From NCBI GenBank assembly GCA_964016885.1, contig OZ024741.1, forward strand, positions 304,730,001 to 304,794,000: 64,000 bases of DNA, read 5' to 3'. The position numbers were made by a program, and so were the translations under genes. Each line of letters starts with the position of its first letter. Within the stretch, counting starts at the first letter, position 1. This stretch comes from Eledone cirrhosa. Taxonomy: Eukaryota. Positions 41,419 to 58,064 of this stretch are shown piece after piece. Below the pieces are notes generated by a model. That model was not told where the DNA came from and did not search any database. It saw only the letters and a list, made by a program, of their open reading frames with translations.

Positions 41419-43205
41419 AGAGGTGTAATTGGGTAAGGTCAGCTTTTATCACCTCATCCCAGGTCATCTTGCGTCTCCCCACTCCGCGGTTTCCATCGAC
41501 TTCTAGTGCTCTGCACCTTTTTATGCAGCTGTCATCCTTCATCCGCATCACATGTCCATACCAGCGCAACCGCCTCTCCTGCACACAGCATTTGGTTCCT
41601 CTTATGCTCAGTCTCTCTGTCAATTCATTTATGCTTTGTCGTTCACGTATATTACATATCCATCGGATCATGCAGGCTTCGTTTCTCTCTAATCTACGTA
41701 AGTCTTCCACCTGCAGCGCCCAGGTCTCACTACCATGCAACATCGCTGTTCGGATACACGCATCATACAGTCTGCCTTTCATTCTGAGGGAGAAGCCTTT
41801 TGCAGCTAGCAGTGGTAGTAGTTCCCTAAACTTCTTCCATCCTGTTCTTCCCCTAGTTATTGTACTTTCTGAACACCCACCTCCGCTGCTAATTCAGTCA
41901 CCTAGGTAGCAGAAGCTGTCTACTGTTTCTCCAGAGCCCTCCCAGAGATTGGTGGTACTTGTTTCCTGTGGCTGTTTGCTGCATGTGAAGCCTACATTCT
42001 TAATTAAGCTTCCCGAGATCCTGCTACATCTCTTGTGTACCCATTGTTTGCATTTGGGGCAGAGAATGGAGTTCCTACCTACACCTTTCCTACATACTGA
42101 GCAAGGCCATTTCCCTGTGGGGATCGAGGTTCTGTTTTCTCGTCTACTTACAAGGACCATAGTCTTTGTCATGTTGACTTTGAGACCCTTTCTTTCTAGT
42201 CCCTGCTTCCAAGTTTGGAATTTATTCTCTAGTTCTACCATAGATTCAGCTATAAGTGTGAGGTCATCAGCATACAGGAGTTCCCATGGGCATCCGGTCT
42301 TAAACTCCTCCGTTATTGCCTGCAGGACTATGATGAACAGGAGGAGGCTAAGAACAGAGCCCTGGTGGACCCCAACCTTTACGCTAAATTCCTCGCTATA
42401 CTCATTGCTAATCCTAACTTTGCTGACTGCTCCCCTATACATGGCTTGTACCGCTTTCACAAGCCATTCATCTACTCCTAGTTTTCTAAGAGCCCACCAG
42501 ATTACAGCACGTGGAACTCTGTCAAAGGCTTTCTCAAGGTCTACAAATGCCAAGTAGAGTGGCTTACTTTTATCTAGGTACTTTTCCTGTAACTGCCTCA
42601 CAAGGAAGAGGGCATCAGTGGTGCCTCTTCATGGTACAAACCCAAATTGCATCTCGTCTATTTTCACCCGGTCCCTAATCAACTGTGCTATAACTCTTCC
42701 TGTTATTTCACGACCTGGTCCATCAACTTTATACCTCTATAGTTTCCTCTATCTAGTGCATCACCTTTACCTTTGTAGCAGTTGACAATGATGCTACTGC
42801 ACCAATCTTTTGGTATGACACCTAGTATTACCTGGTTAACAATACATGTGGTTTTAGTGTGACCTACAGACCCAGATGCCTTCAGCATCTCGGCAGATAT
42901 ACTCGATGGACTGGTTGCCTTCCCCATCTTCATATCTTTGATTGCTTTACTTACTACGTTGCTGCTGTCTTGTACTGCTGGCCCCTCTATAGGGTGTACT
43001 TGGGGTAGGGTCTCTTCTTCCCATGCATTCTCCTCATTTAGTAATCTATCATAATGACTCTTCCATGCATCTTTCTTCTCAGCACTTGTGAGGGCAAGCT
43101 CACCTTTATCATTCCGGATACACTTCTCTCCAATGACATCACAACTATCTCTGACACACTGCCTCGCAATCTTGAACACCTTACGTTGCAAAACATGCTT
43201 GAATT
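41419..43205 (-). mobile_element. RTE LINE subfamily B, truncated at both ends, with stops, frameshifts and small deletions
   Basis: ORFs 42703-43239, 41894-42601 and the start of 39992-41782 match the 7531-9247 protein. Confidence 0.93.
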
Positions 43206-43234
43206 GTATATATATATACATAAATATATATGAA

Positions 43235-43570
43235 GGCACATGGCTTAGTGGTTAGAGCACTGGGCTTGTAATCGAAAGGTTGTGAGTTCAATTCTCAGAC
43301 CGGGTGATGTGTTGTTTCCTTGGGCAAGACACTTTATTTCACATTGCTCCAGTTTACTCAGCTGTAGAAATGAGATGATAGGGACTGGGGTCCATATCAA
43401 TCCACTGCAAAGTGATCGCGGAGGTGCCACGGCAAAAAGCACCCAGCACTCACTGTAAATGAGGTTGGTGTTATCCAGCTGTAGAAATCAAGCCAGAATC
43501 GGTTCCCGTCCCACTCTTGCAAGCAGGGAAAAGCGGATGCAAAATGATGATGATGATGATGATGATGATG
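43235..43570 (+). mobile_element. tRNA-head CORE-type SINE with RTE-derived 3' end and (GAT)n tail
   Basis: A box tggcttagtggt, B box gagttcaattc, core ccttgggcaagacactt, 3' part shared with the RTE-B 3'UTR (56205-56350), tail gatgatgatg. Confidence 0.88.
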
Positions 43571-44171
43571 ATATGCAAGCATGGGTAGCATAACGATCAA
43601 TCTTAAACTGAACGGTCATATGAGATTTCCCACCTAGCTATTGAAACAATATAAGCCTATTCATCAGGCTACACATCCTATAACAATATTTATGTTTTGG
43701 TTTTCTGAAAGACACCTTATGAGCCATATCTCATGAAGACCACTGCTCATAAAATGATGTCCATGTCTTGTCTTGCTTGACACATACACTCCGATTTACC
43801 AGCCGAGAAGGAGTTTGAAAAAGGATTTTTGATTTGAAACTGCTCACTCTCAACTTACCCATACTAATCCAGCAACAAGGCCCGTAGACCTGTTCACATT
43901 AAATATACTAATCCTAATACTCATCTTTACTCAATTTTTAATTCTATTTTAATTCTAACACACAAACCGCTATCTATACCTCTATCTTCACCTAAACATA
44001 CAATAAAACACGACGGTTACCATTTTCAACAAGTTTTATCTTGCTTATTTGTTTAAGCCATTTCACATCTAGCTTCCCTCATTCCTGTAACACTGTCCGG
44101 AACTATGTGCAATAAATACACAACCTGCTACACATACAAACATGTTGCATGAGATACACCAATGCATATTC

Positions 44172-44211
<40 letters not shown>

Positions 44212-44326
44212 ATACTTTGGGAGGGTCATGTTGCCAATAAGAAACACACGCACCAGTTGCTTTCACTCCAATTTATTATAAATTTCTGGTTGGTTGGTTC
44301 CACAACCAGACGGTTGTTCATATATT

Positions 44327-44367
44327 GTCAAAGTACTTTCGTCACACATTGTGACCTCTTCAGTGAC
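44327..44367 (-). ncRNA. Minimal type-I hammerhead ribozyme (intact core)
   Basis: On -: gtca CTGAAGA g gtcaca-atg-tgtgac GAAA gtac tt tgac; stem I, stem II and palindromic stem III AAAGTACTTT. Confidence 0.8.
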
Positions 44368-45672
44368 TGGGATTCCTTTCTTTGTTTTGTGCCTCTCCTT
44401 TGTTCTGTCCTACGCCAGCTTGTTTTTGTGTGTTATGTGCTTAGTTTGCGCATGTGTTACATCTGGGTGTGTGTTTTTATTTGTTTATTTACATGTTACT
44501 GGTTGGTTGTTTGTTCTATGTGTGTGTGTTTTCATTTTGTCCTTAATTGTAAATTGTGATGTTGCTATTTCATTCATGTTGGAGTTCATTTATGTTTATT
44601 GCCTCTGATTTGTCTAAACATTGCGTCTTTTCTGTGTGTAGATTCTATTTTTATTTCCATGTTCTCTAATTTACTCTTATGTTCTATTTTAGCATGTTGG
44701 TGGAGTATTGATGATTCTTTTCTATCTTTAAGCTCTCGCCAGTGTTCATTTAACCGTTCTCCTATACTACGAGCTGTCTCACCTATGTACACTATATTGT
44801 TATCTTTACATTGTCCTTCAGTAAATCTTATGGTAAATAATGATACAAATAGGACCTGCCCCTTGTATAGGAGCAAATTTTGGAATAGAATAGACAGAAC
44901 TAGGAATAAGGTTAATAGAATAAACTCATGGTATGATAGCAATAAATACCAGAGTGTAATGTTCATCAATACAACCCCTAGAGGTGAATTAGCTTACAAA
45001 TTCAGAAGGGCTCTAGATAAACTTAAACTTAATATTAAGATAGTAGAAAGACCAGATACCTCCATAAAAACATTTATTAGCAATACATACCCTTTTCAAA
45101 GACCTCCCTGTATAGATAAGAAATGCATAATCTGTAAACTAAGCCCCCATATTAACTGTAAAACTAGAAACCTAGTACATAGCATAAGATGTACTGAAGG
45201 ACAATGTAAAGATAACAATATAGTGTACATAGGTGAGACAGCTCGTAGTATAGGAGAACGGTTAAATGAACACTGGCGAGAGCTTGAAGATAGAAAAGAA
45301 TCATCAATACTCCACCAACATGCTAAAATAGAACATAAGGGCAAATTAGAGAACATAGAAATAAAAATAAAATCTACACACAAAAAAGACGCAATGTTTA
45401 GACAAATCACAGAGGCAATAAACATAAATGAACTCCAACCAAAATTAAATAGAAAACATGAATGAAATAGCAACATCACAATTTATAATTAAGGACAAAA
45501 TGAAAACACACACATAGAACAAACAACCAACCAGTAACATGTAAATAAACAAATAAAAACACACAGACATCCGGTTGTAACACATGCGCAAACTAAGCAC
45601 ACAACACACACAAAAACAAGATGGCATAGGACAGAACAAAGGAGAGGCACAAAACAAAGAAAAGAATCCCCA

Positions 45673-45715
45673 GTCACTGAAGAGGTCACAGAATGTGTGA
45701 CGAAAGAACTTTGAC
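45673..45715 (+). ncRNA. Minimal hammerhead ribozyme (second copy, stem III palindrome mutated)
   Basis: gtca CTGAAGA g gtcaca-gaatg-tgtgac GAAA gaac tt tgac. Confidence 0.7.
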
Positions 45716-46399
45716 AATATATGAACAACTGTCCGGTTGTGGAACCTACCAACCGAAAAATTATAAATTTAAAAAAAAAAAAATTTATTTTTGAAATTTT
45801 TTTGATAACATTTTTTAATTTATAATAAATTGGAGTGAAAGCAACTGGTGCACGTTTCTTATTGGCAACATGACCCTCCCAAAGTATAACAATATCGGTT
45901 TCAGCACCCGTTTTCAGATAAAGAATCTTGCTCAACAAATTCAGAAACGAAATTTTATATATATATATGTATATATATACCTACATACACACACACAATC
46001 TATTTCTGAGAGAAATGACCTCTACAGGACTAACAGTGTTCCATTAGGTTGACTTTAAAACTTTCCTGGTGATTTCAACCAAATGAAACGATGCTAGCCT
46101 TGTAAAAGTCATTTCTATCTGAAAAAATTATGTACCCTCTCTACTTATGTTGAATACCTTATTTAACAGTGTTCTTTTTCTGTTCTTCTACAGAAAACAA
46201 GTCTATGTGCAGATATATATCTGATTCAGTTACATAGAATGGAGGAATGAAATTTTACAGTTCATTTACATTTTTTAATCTTTTACTATTCATAACATTT
46301 TTTTTAGAATTATTGATATTAGTAAAATATTTGTGAATATCAGTTAATTTATGTAGTTTCTCTTCCAAATTATTCTAATTCCTATGTTGTTGCTGTCCT

Positions 46400-46690
46400 A
46401 TCATTGGTTCTGATGAGCGTTACATAATTCAAAAATTGAACCCGCTTGCGAAATTAATGTGTATGTGGCTGATCATTCCAGTGTACACTTAATGCAATTC
46501 TCGGAGATTCAACAGGATACACAACAATATGTGACTAAGTTAAATTATAGGAAAGGACTCAATTTTGCCAGCTGAGTGGACTGGAGCAACGTGAAATAAA
46601 GTGTCTCCCATTAAGATAACACACCACTGAAAATCGAACTACAGGCTATATAATGGTGAGTTAAACACCCTAACTTCTCGGCCATGCATT
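46400..46690 (-). mobile_element. Old tRNA/CORE-type SINE; related decayed + copies near 47935-48230 and 62955-63270
   Basis: Reverse complement of tRNA head and core (gctgagtggactggagcaacgtgaaataaagtgtc) plus a shared 3' body. Confidence 0.65.
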
Positions 46691-46910
46691 ATTACAGTTC
46701 CTATGGTAGAATACGGAAAAACTATATAAATAAAAATGATTAAATCAAAAATTTCAGCAAGTTTTTTTTCTATTATAAGAAATTACTACTACCACTACCA
46801 CTGTTTTAATCAGGCTGACCTGAAGTATTTTGCCTTATTTTATCATTTTAAAGCTTAAGCAAAATATTAAATATATAAATATTTTTAAAGTTTTCCAATA
46901 TTGCTTTTAA

Positions 46911-47131
46911 CCCTTTAGCATTTAAACCAGCCATATCTGGCCAGAATTCTCTCACCTCTTTCTGTTCAAACCAGCCGTAACTGGTCACTCATACTGATGT
47001 TAAGGTATTGTTCACAAAATAAATAATATCAAGATCTCATAGATTCCATATTATGTGAGATAATTATGTAAGATAAAGCCTTTACTACAAAAATACAATA
47101 GTATATATAGAGTAATGTAAATGCTAAAGGG
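46911..47131. mobile_element. piggyBac-type MITE (homologue of 1486-1691, inverted)
   Basis: TTAA|ccctttagcattta ... taaatgctaaaggg|TTAA, perfect 14-bp TIR. Confidence 0.88.
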
Positions 47132-50100
47132 TTAAACAGACTATTAATTAAAATTTTTTCATTTTCCTACAATTAATACCAAGCACCAAATAATGAATTT
47201 TTCCTGTGAAAGAATAACTAAGATAAATTTGAACATTTTGGTTTATAAAATAAAGAAAAATAAAAAATGAAATAAATAATCTTGCCTTCTTTTAGAAACT
47301 GATGGTTCAACTAATATAAGAAATCCTTTCCAGTTATAACCTGCAAAAATCAAAAATATTTATCAACATCAAGCTTGGATTTTATGCTAGTAAATATGAG
47401 CTTCTTTAATATATAAGGCAACTAAAACTAAACAAGAAATTTATAAACCCTTAACCTTTTTGATACCAAACCAGCTGAGGTGTTTATATTTTAACTAAGA
47501 ATTTTTGTTCGAAACTTCAGCTCAACAATGAATGAAGATAGCTATATTACTAGATCCCTTCAAATTCCTAATTATTTGAACATCATAGGTATTCTTTTAT
47601 TAGAAATATGGTAACGAAAGGGTTGATGAAGAATTTGGAGTTATTTAGTAAAATATCATTACATTACATTGACATCTGTAACAAAAGATTCTTATTTCAA
47701 ATTATGATGGGAAATTTTAATTAAATATGAACCCTTAAAATTGGTTTAGTTTCATAAAACCAGGGGTAGTTTGAGTTGGGTAGGTACAAAAAGAGTTAAA
47801 AACCTAACTGCCACAGAAATGAAATTCATTAGAACAGACCTATGTGAAAAATGACTTGAAGCAAGCACCATCACAAATTCAAACTTACAAAAATTTATAT
47901 TTATTTGTTGTGATATTAAATTTAAAACACAATCATTAGGTCCTGGTTCGATCCCACTGCATGGTATTTTGGACAAATGTCATTTATCATAGCCTTAGGT
48001 TAACTCATGTATTGAGTGAAATTGGGTAGATGGAAACTGCTTGGAAGCTTATCAGATGGACTATACCTATAATTCAAAGAGCCAGCTTTATCAGTCATGC
48101 TAAATCTCACTGAGAACTACATTAATGGTTCGTGTATTTGTGGAATGCTCAATCACTTACACAATTTCATGAGCAAACTGTTCTGTTGATCGACCAACAG
48201 GAACACTTATCAAAACAGATGGGGATACATTCCTACAAATTTTTTACCCTATCACTTATGCATTGAACACTAGTTTCAAATCAATATCTCACTGATAAAA
48301 TTAAGCAGACTTTTAACTGCTTGTTTTACACAAAATTAACATAGAACTTTGTGTAATGTTAAGTTGAAAACACACACAGAGAAATTAACGACAAATTAGA
48401 TTTTTAAGCAACATAACAAAAATAAATTCCAATGAGTTATTTTCATTGTATAAAAGCTAAATCAGAGATTACTAGGCTAAAATGATATTTTTGTTCTTGT
48501 GGTACTGATCTACCTGGGGAATCAGTTTAATTATGGCACTTTATAGTCTGAGTCCAATTTTCACTCAGACCAACTTTACCTCCAAAGATCAGTAAAGTAC
48601 TGTATCAAGCAACTAATCAGGACAATATGTTTAGATGGCATGGTTTTGAAATTCTCATGAGATAAAATATTTATGAAGTTTTAATATTTTGATGTTTAAA
48701 ATGTTTTACGTGCCATTTAGAATATAGTTTTTTTTTTGTTTCACAATTCCATTAGATAATGAGTTTCCATTACGTTAAGTTTCAACAAGTTTCTCAAATT
48801 TTGGTTTACTTCCAGCCACTTAACATGTTAGGAATACATCGAAAGCAAGAGATCAAATAAGAGAACTTTATATAGGGATTCATAGAGTAGAAGAGGGAGG
48901 GAGAGACAGCGAGTAGGAGAGATGTAGAACAAGAAAAATCAGATTTCAATCTTATGTAAGATTGAAAGAAAAAGTATTAAGTCAGAAAACATGTGTGTGT
49001 GTGTGTGTATGCATGTGATATATATTTATTAAAATATAAGTGACACCCCCCTCTTTACCATCGATGGAGGGGTTTCCGCATATTCTCGGCTTATATTTCA
49101 GAATATACGGTATGTTCCTATGATACATCCATGATGCAAATGGAATTATAACAAGATAGTTTGAATAACTTTATGCATTCTATTAAATCAAAATAAATAT
49201 CCACAACTCAGAATGCTATTCTTATAACAATAGAAAATAAGATAATGGTCTTGATCTATGGTTGAAATTAAAAATATGCCACCCACAATTAAAAAAAAAA
49301 AAAAATGAATGAGGTTCAGTAAATATTCAGCAAAAATTAATTTGGAAGTATCAAAATCTTTTAGACTATTTCAAACCTCTAAGAACCACATGGGATTATA
49401 TGCATGATGGAAGCTGTTGGACCATCTGAGAGACTAGCCCAGTTTGAGTACTATTCTGGTATGTGAAGACCTAAACAACTGTTGCCAGCAGGGAAAGACA
49501 GACATTAAATAATAACTATATATATATATAAAACAAAGATCTCATTTGCATGAAATGCTTTTCTTATATCTAAGTAATGAATTAGAAAAAAGAGCTATGT
49601 GTGAAATGTAAATAAACTAATTAAGCAAAAAGAAAAAAAAATGTTTTAAAGTTGTTTCTGACACCCACATTTTCACATTACAATGTTTTAATAGCTATAT
49701 TTACATACTAGCAAATATGAAAAAAAATATTTCACTATTGTCAACTACTACAATGCTATTTGTGAGACACTCGTGAGCAGAAACTATATACACTTTAAAT
49801 AGGCACACATGGTCAGAGCAGTAATAGGTCATGGCAAAGTTTGAAGGGGAATGAAAATATGTAAAGCTAAGTGATCACATGCAATATTCCTTATACAGAC
49901 AGTCAAGGGAAATAATTTCCCAGGAACAATAGTTAATACTTGATAATTCTTGTAACAATTTAAGACCATGATCCAGTTTCTCAGTTAACAAGTTTCTTTA
50001 CAGAGAAACTGCTTATGAGAAAGGTACACATGTCAGAATATCCCATTGGTCTCCCTCAAAAGAAAAACAATTCTCAACAGTTCTTAACTTCAGCGTGCAT

Positions 50101-50344
50101 GTGTCTGCATTTATGTCCCTAATTTAGCAGTCTCATAAAATTTGGTTATTGCCAAAACTAAAAGGACAAAGAAAGTTGCAGAATCTACTTTTTTCATACA
50201 ACTTTTACAATGACTAATAAAATAAATAAATAAATCCCTTTGTACGTACATGAAGCTAACTGAGGGTAGAAGAATGAGAAGGTAAATCAATAAATAAAAA
50301 TTCAGCACAAAATGGGCAACAGGAATTCATATCATATAAGTGAA

Positions 50345-50600
50345 GGCGCATGGCTTAGTGGTTAGAGCATTGGGCTTGCAATCAAAAGGTTGTGAGTTCA
50401 ATTCTCAGACCAGGTGATGTGTTGTTTCCTTGAGCAAGACACTTTATTTCACATTGCTCCAGTTTACTCAGCTGTAGAAATGAGATGATAGGACTGGGGT
50501 CACTATCATTCCACTGCAAAAAAGCATCCAACACTCATTGTAAATGAGGTTGGTGTTAGGAAGGGCATCCAGCTGAAGAAATCAAGCCAGAATCAGTTCA
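50345..50600 (+). mobile_element. tRNA-head CORE-type SINE with RTE-like 3' end, tail missing
   Basis: Highly similar to 43235-43500. Confidence 0.85.
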
Positions 50601-50653
50601 CTTCTGTATCATAGAACTAGGTAAAGTTTCAGGTAGCTTAGTATCAAAAAAGT

Positions 50654-51326
50654 TACAATATATATTTGAATATAAGCCAAGAAATATGACATTAAAAACC
50701 CATGGACAGCTTATATTTGAGATGAATATTTTGCCCATTTTCACCAACTTCAAATTCTAAGTAAATAAGGTGCTAAAATATCTTGAGTGATTTTATAATG
50801 AAACAATGCTGTTCAACATTGACATTGTCATTTACACATTCTGTTGAAAATATTTCCAACAAATTTTTATAATTTGATCATTTTAATACCTAAATTACCC
50901 CCACATGCATGCACACACACATTTTTCTCTAACTTAATACATTTTCTAAAAATCTTGTGTAAGATTGAAATTTTATTTTATTTTATGGCTCTCGCTCCCT
51001 CCCTTTTCTACTCTATGAATCCTTATATAAAGTTTTCTTAGCAAGTAAACCAAAATTTGAGAAACTTGTTGAAACTAATGTAATGGAAACTCATTACGTA
51101 ATGGAGTTGTGAAACAAACACTATATTCTAAACAACACTTAAAACATTTTAAACATCAAAGTAATAAAACTTCATAAATATACTTTATACTCATGAGAAT
51201 TTCAAAACCACACCATCTAAACATATTGTCTTGATTAGCTTCGACTTATGAGGTTTGGATTTTTGCCCATTTCTCAGGCATAAAATGGAGGGGGGGGGGG
51301 GTTCCTTATATTCAAGTATATATGGT
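50654..51326. mobile_element. pogo/Tigger-like non-autonomous element; inverted copy at 61405-61942, internal fragment at ~48615-48810
   Basis: Termini tacaatatatatttgaatataag / cttatattcaagtatatatggt; internal sequence shared with the other copies. Confidence 0.65.
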
Positions 51327-51915
51327 GAGTGGTAAACATTTCACTGCATCCAATAAAATCAGGTTAACAATAAGTAATTTTTTTTAAAGATATGATAGTA
51401 AAACAGAATTCAGAAAGACTAATGCAAGAAAATTTTAAATGAAGTTATCTTATTAAAAGTGAAAGACTAGATTAGATAGATGGTTGGGCATGAGGAGAAT
51501 AAACTGGATTTGATATTTTATGAATAAATAATTTTAAATTTAGAACTCAATTCTTGCACACACACAACCTTGGTCATCTGATTCTTCCAGCCTCAAGGCA
51601 ATGGGTCACATTTGTCTGAATGTTTGGGATGATGGTTTGCTAATGTTGACAGCTGGTGCCATAGCGTTTATTAAAAAAAAAAAGCCACCCTCTCAGGTGA
51701 TGGGAGAAAATGAACCCAGTACATGCTATAAGGTGGTTCACATTATGGGGAGCATCCAACCTTAGAAACCACACCACAATGAAACATATGAGCAAGACTC
51801 ATCAAGCATGTTTGATCTCAGAACATGACAGCCCATCTAACACATGCAGGCATGGAAGGGATACATAAAATGGTGATTATGATGTACAGTAATATTTAAA
51901 TGAATTAAATGAAGT

Positions 51916-51946
<31 letters not shown>

Positions 51947-52175
51947 CCTGTTTTTTTCTTAATTTAATTTCAACCCCTTACCACCACCAAGACAAAAATT
52001 TTAGCGTTAAAAAGGTATGATAGGAGAATTTTTTTAAGCCGGTAGTGTTGTCGCTGGTTGTGGTGGCGGTGATCTAAATCTCAGGTATTTGTTTAATCAG
52101 GAGAAACATTTTCGTTATCCTCACACCAAAAAGTGGGTATAATTTGGAAGGAATCACAATATTGTGTGTGTGTGT

Positions 52176-52208
<33 letters not shown>

Positions 52209-52385
52209 GTGTGAGGAGAGAAATATTTCCATATTTCTTTTTTGTTATAGTTGTTTATAGTCTGTGGTGATTTCAGAAGGCTATGCCACTACATTGATTC
52301 TAAAGGCAAACTAAGTATAATAATGTTTATGTATGTAAATATGTTTGATTACCGCGTGCTTGCATGTGTCAGTGTGTTAGAATAT

Positions 52386-54460
<2,075 letters not shown>

Positions 54461-54596
54461 TGTTGATGCCCTAAGGACAGACACTGGTCTGTTGGAGATG
54501 CAGGATATGGCAGCGATAATGAGGGACAGAGACTGCTGGAGAGAACTCGTCCATGGATCTCGGGAATTTTACCCGCCTTAGATAGATAGATAGATA
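54461..54596 (+). mobile_element. Extreme 3' end of a different RTE-group LINE with (TAGA)n tail
   Basis: [21 protein letters not shown]-terminus; stop merges into tagatagatagatag. Confidence 0.65.
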
Positions 54597-55420
<824 letters not shown>

Positions 55421-55424
55421 TTAT

Positions 55425-55678
55425 GGTGTTAGGAAGGGCATCCAGCTGTAGAAAACCCGCCAGACAGTCCACGCTGTAATGTGGCCGTGTAGGCAACACG
55501 GTAAAAACCTCCCAGCCCCACACTGTAAATGTGGTTGGTGTTAGGAAGGGCATCCAACTGTAGAAAACCTGCCAGACAGTCCTATGCGAGCAAAAAAATC
55601 ACTCTTGCCTCAAGTGGGACTACCCCCGTCCAAACCCATGCAAGCGTGGAACACGGACGTTAAACGTTGATGATGATG
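55425..55678 (+). mobile_element. RTE subfamily A 3'UTR fragment with internal duplication and (GAT)n tail
   Basis: Matches 37772-38000, preceded by a duplicate of the ggtgttaggaagggcatcc...acagtcc segment. Confidence 0.88.
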
Positions 55679-55688
55679 TATATATATG

Positions 55689-55717
<29 letters not shown>

Positions 55718-55719
<2 letters not shown>

Positions 55720-56461
55720 GAAAGGCAGACTGTATGATGCGTGTATCCGAACAGCGATGTTGCATGGTAGTGAGACCTGGGCGCTGAAGGTGGAAGACTT
55801 ACGTAGATTAGAGAGAAACGAAGCCTGCATGCTCCGATGGATGTGTAACAGTAATATACGTGAACGACAAAGCATAAATGAATTGAGAGAGAGACTGAGC
55901 ATAAGAGGAATCAAATGCTGCGTGCAGGAGAGGCGGTTACGCTGGCATGGACATGTGATGCGTATGAAGGATGACAGCTGCATAAAAAGGTGCAGAGCAC
56001 TAGAAGTTGATGGAAACCGCGGAGTGGGGAGACCCAAGATGACTTGGGATGAGGTGATAAAAGCCGACCTTACCCAACTACACCTCTCAAAGTCAATGAC
56101 ACACGACCGTGACTTCTGGCGTCACGCAGTAATACAGGGTACCCGACCTCCCATGGGTACATGCTGAAGCATATAAACAATATGCCCCCCCCCCCCCACC
56201 GCAAGGTGGTCGTGGAGGTGCCACGGCAAAAAAGCACCCAGCCCACACTGTAAAGTGGACGTGTAGGCGCCACGAAAAAGCACCCAGCACTCACTGTAAA
56301 TGAGGTTGGTGTTAGGAAGGGCATCCAGCTGTAGAAATCAAGCCAGATCAGTTCCTGTATGAGCAAGGCATGGTCAGCCGACCAGACACTGCCCACAACA
56401 GGACAACCCGTCTAACCCATGCTAGCGTGGAAGAACGGACGTAAAACGGTGATGATGATGA
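55718..56461 (+). mobile_element. RTE subfamily B 3' fragment with complete 3'UTR and tail
   Basis: MKGRLYDAC...RLRWHGHV..GRPKMTW..stop 56167; tail gtgatgatgatga. Confidence 0.93.
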
Positions 56462-57333
56462 GTTCTAATTAGCAATTGAAATCTGGCTATAGATTGTGTT
56501 TGACTACTGTTTCGCCACCATATTTCTAATGAAATACAATTTCCATGTTTCGATTAATTTTTAAAATAAAGTTTGGAGGAATTTAGTCAATATTTTCATT
56601 AGTAAATTGGTATTTAGAGCATTACTTAACACTTCATACCAACCTGCTTGAAACTGCCTGTTTCTATGAAACAAAACCAAATACCATCTTCTTAGTAAAT
56701 TCTTCATTAAATACTTAGTATATTTCTAATGAAATACTTTATGTAAAAGATTTTGTATTAACTCTTAAAATATAAAGTTATGCATCAAATGGAACAAAAC
56801 TATCAAACCCATGCTAGCGTGGAAGATAGACAATGATGATGAACACTATAGAACAGGCAGTTCCAAGCAGTTTAGTACCAAAAGTGTTAACTTTTCTCAA
56901 ATCTAATGTGATGTCGAAAATCACCATATTTCAAAATATCTAGCATCTTTATGCTTCAACAAGTCACACATATACACATTCATGAATGCATGCACTGTGG
57001 TTGAATATTAAAAGGTTTGAGCTTATATATCTAAGTATTTTATGTAAAAACAAATTTTGCACTAAAATGTGATATTAAGATTAATTAGCAACAAAATATT
57101 TAAATATTTGATGAAATTATTAGGTTTATTTTATTATACTTCTATAAAACTTTAAATAATTTTATTTAAAAAATCCAACTCAAGCAAATAAATATTTTTC
57201 ACCACAGTATTTCCTTATTCAAATCACAAATTTTATATATATATATTTACATTTAAGTAAGTAAGTAAGTGCCGTACTAAGAGTGAGAAATGAAATTTCG
57301 TTTCATTCTATTCCATTTATATATATATACATA

Positions 57334-58064
57334 TATAATAACTAGAAATTGATTAACATATAAATAAACATGAATAATCACAGGAGATAATTTTTACAAG
57401 TGTGTAAGCACACATAGCTAGTTAGGTAACTAAATAAAGTTAACCAGAACTTCAAAAATAGATACCTTATAATATGATTAATCTTCCCTGTATATATTCC
57501 ATTAAAGAAATATATTTCACCAATTAATCGAATGGTAAACCATGGCGGCCGGTACTTGGATTTTCAACAAGGAAGGAGTCCAGCGATCTATGTTTACACT
57601 TCAAATTCAAATCAGCGACTGGCCAGCAACACGTGCTGTATCTACTAGAAATACACACATCATACCAGCTTCGTCACAGTGGCGTGAATAGGGTTATCGA
57701 CAACTAGAAACAGCAGTCAAATCCTTTCAACAGAGTTAGCTCTACAATAAGGAGCCGTATTTATATATCTATATTCAAAATTAAGATAATCAAAATTATG
57801 GGTGTCATGCCAGAAAGACATGCGCCATATCACCTTGAAAATCCAAGTACCGGCCTCCATGGTTTACCATTCGATTAATTGGTGAAATATATTTCTTTAA
57901 TGGATATACAGGGAAGATTAATCATATTATAAGGTATCTATTTTTAAGTTCTGGTTAACTTTATTTAGTTACCTACCTAGCTATGTGTGCTTACACACTT
58001 GTAAAAATTATCTCCTGTGATTATTCATGTTTATTTATATGTTAATCAATTTCTAGTTATTATA
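57334..58064. repeat. ~230-bp near-perfect inverted repeat (57334-57567 / 57835-58064)
   Basis: tataataactagaaattgattaac...ggtacttggattttcaa vs ttgaaaatccaagtaccgg...gttaatcaatttctagttattata. Confidence 0.93.

Larger units (their letters stand above)
44204..45895. mobile_element. Penelope-like element 3' fragment arranged as a fold-back (inverted pLTR-like arms 44204-44832 / 45183-45895)
   Basis: GIY-YIG ORF on + (C..C..C..LVHSIRC..VYIGETARSIGERLNEH..HQH..EH..EAINI..PKLN, stop 45465); left arm is the reverse complement of the right arm. Confidence 0.9.

Noticed and set aside
43235-43310. tRNA genes at SINE heads (also 50345 and 1018)
   Set aside because: A and B boxes run into SINE core and tail; no complete cloverleaf
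46410-46455. CTGATGAG...GAAA hammerhead-like motif
   Set aside because: Lies in the antisense 3' part of a decayed SINE; no convincing stems I or II
48615-51235. 2.6-kb element bounded by ~190-bp inverted repeats
   Set aside because: The arms are copies of the interior of a dispersed pogo-like element (third copy at 61.5 kb), not termini
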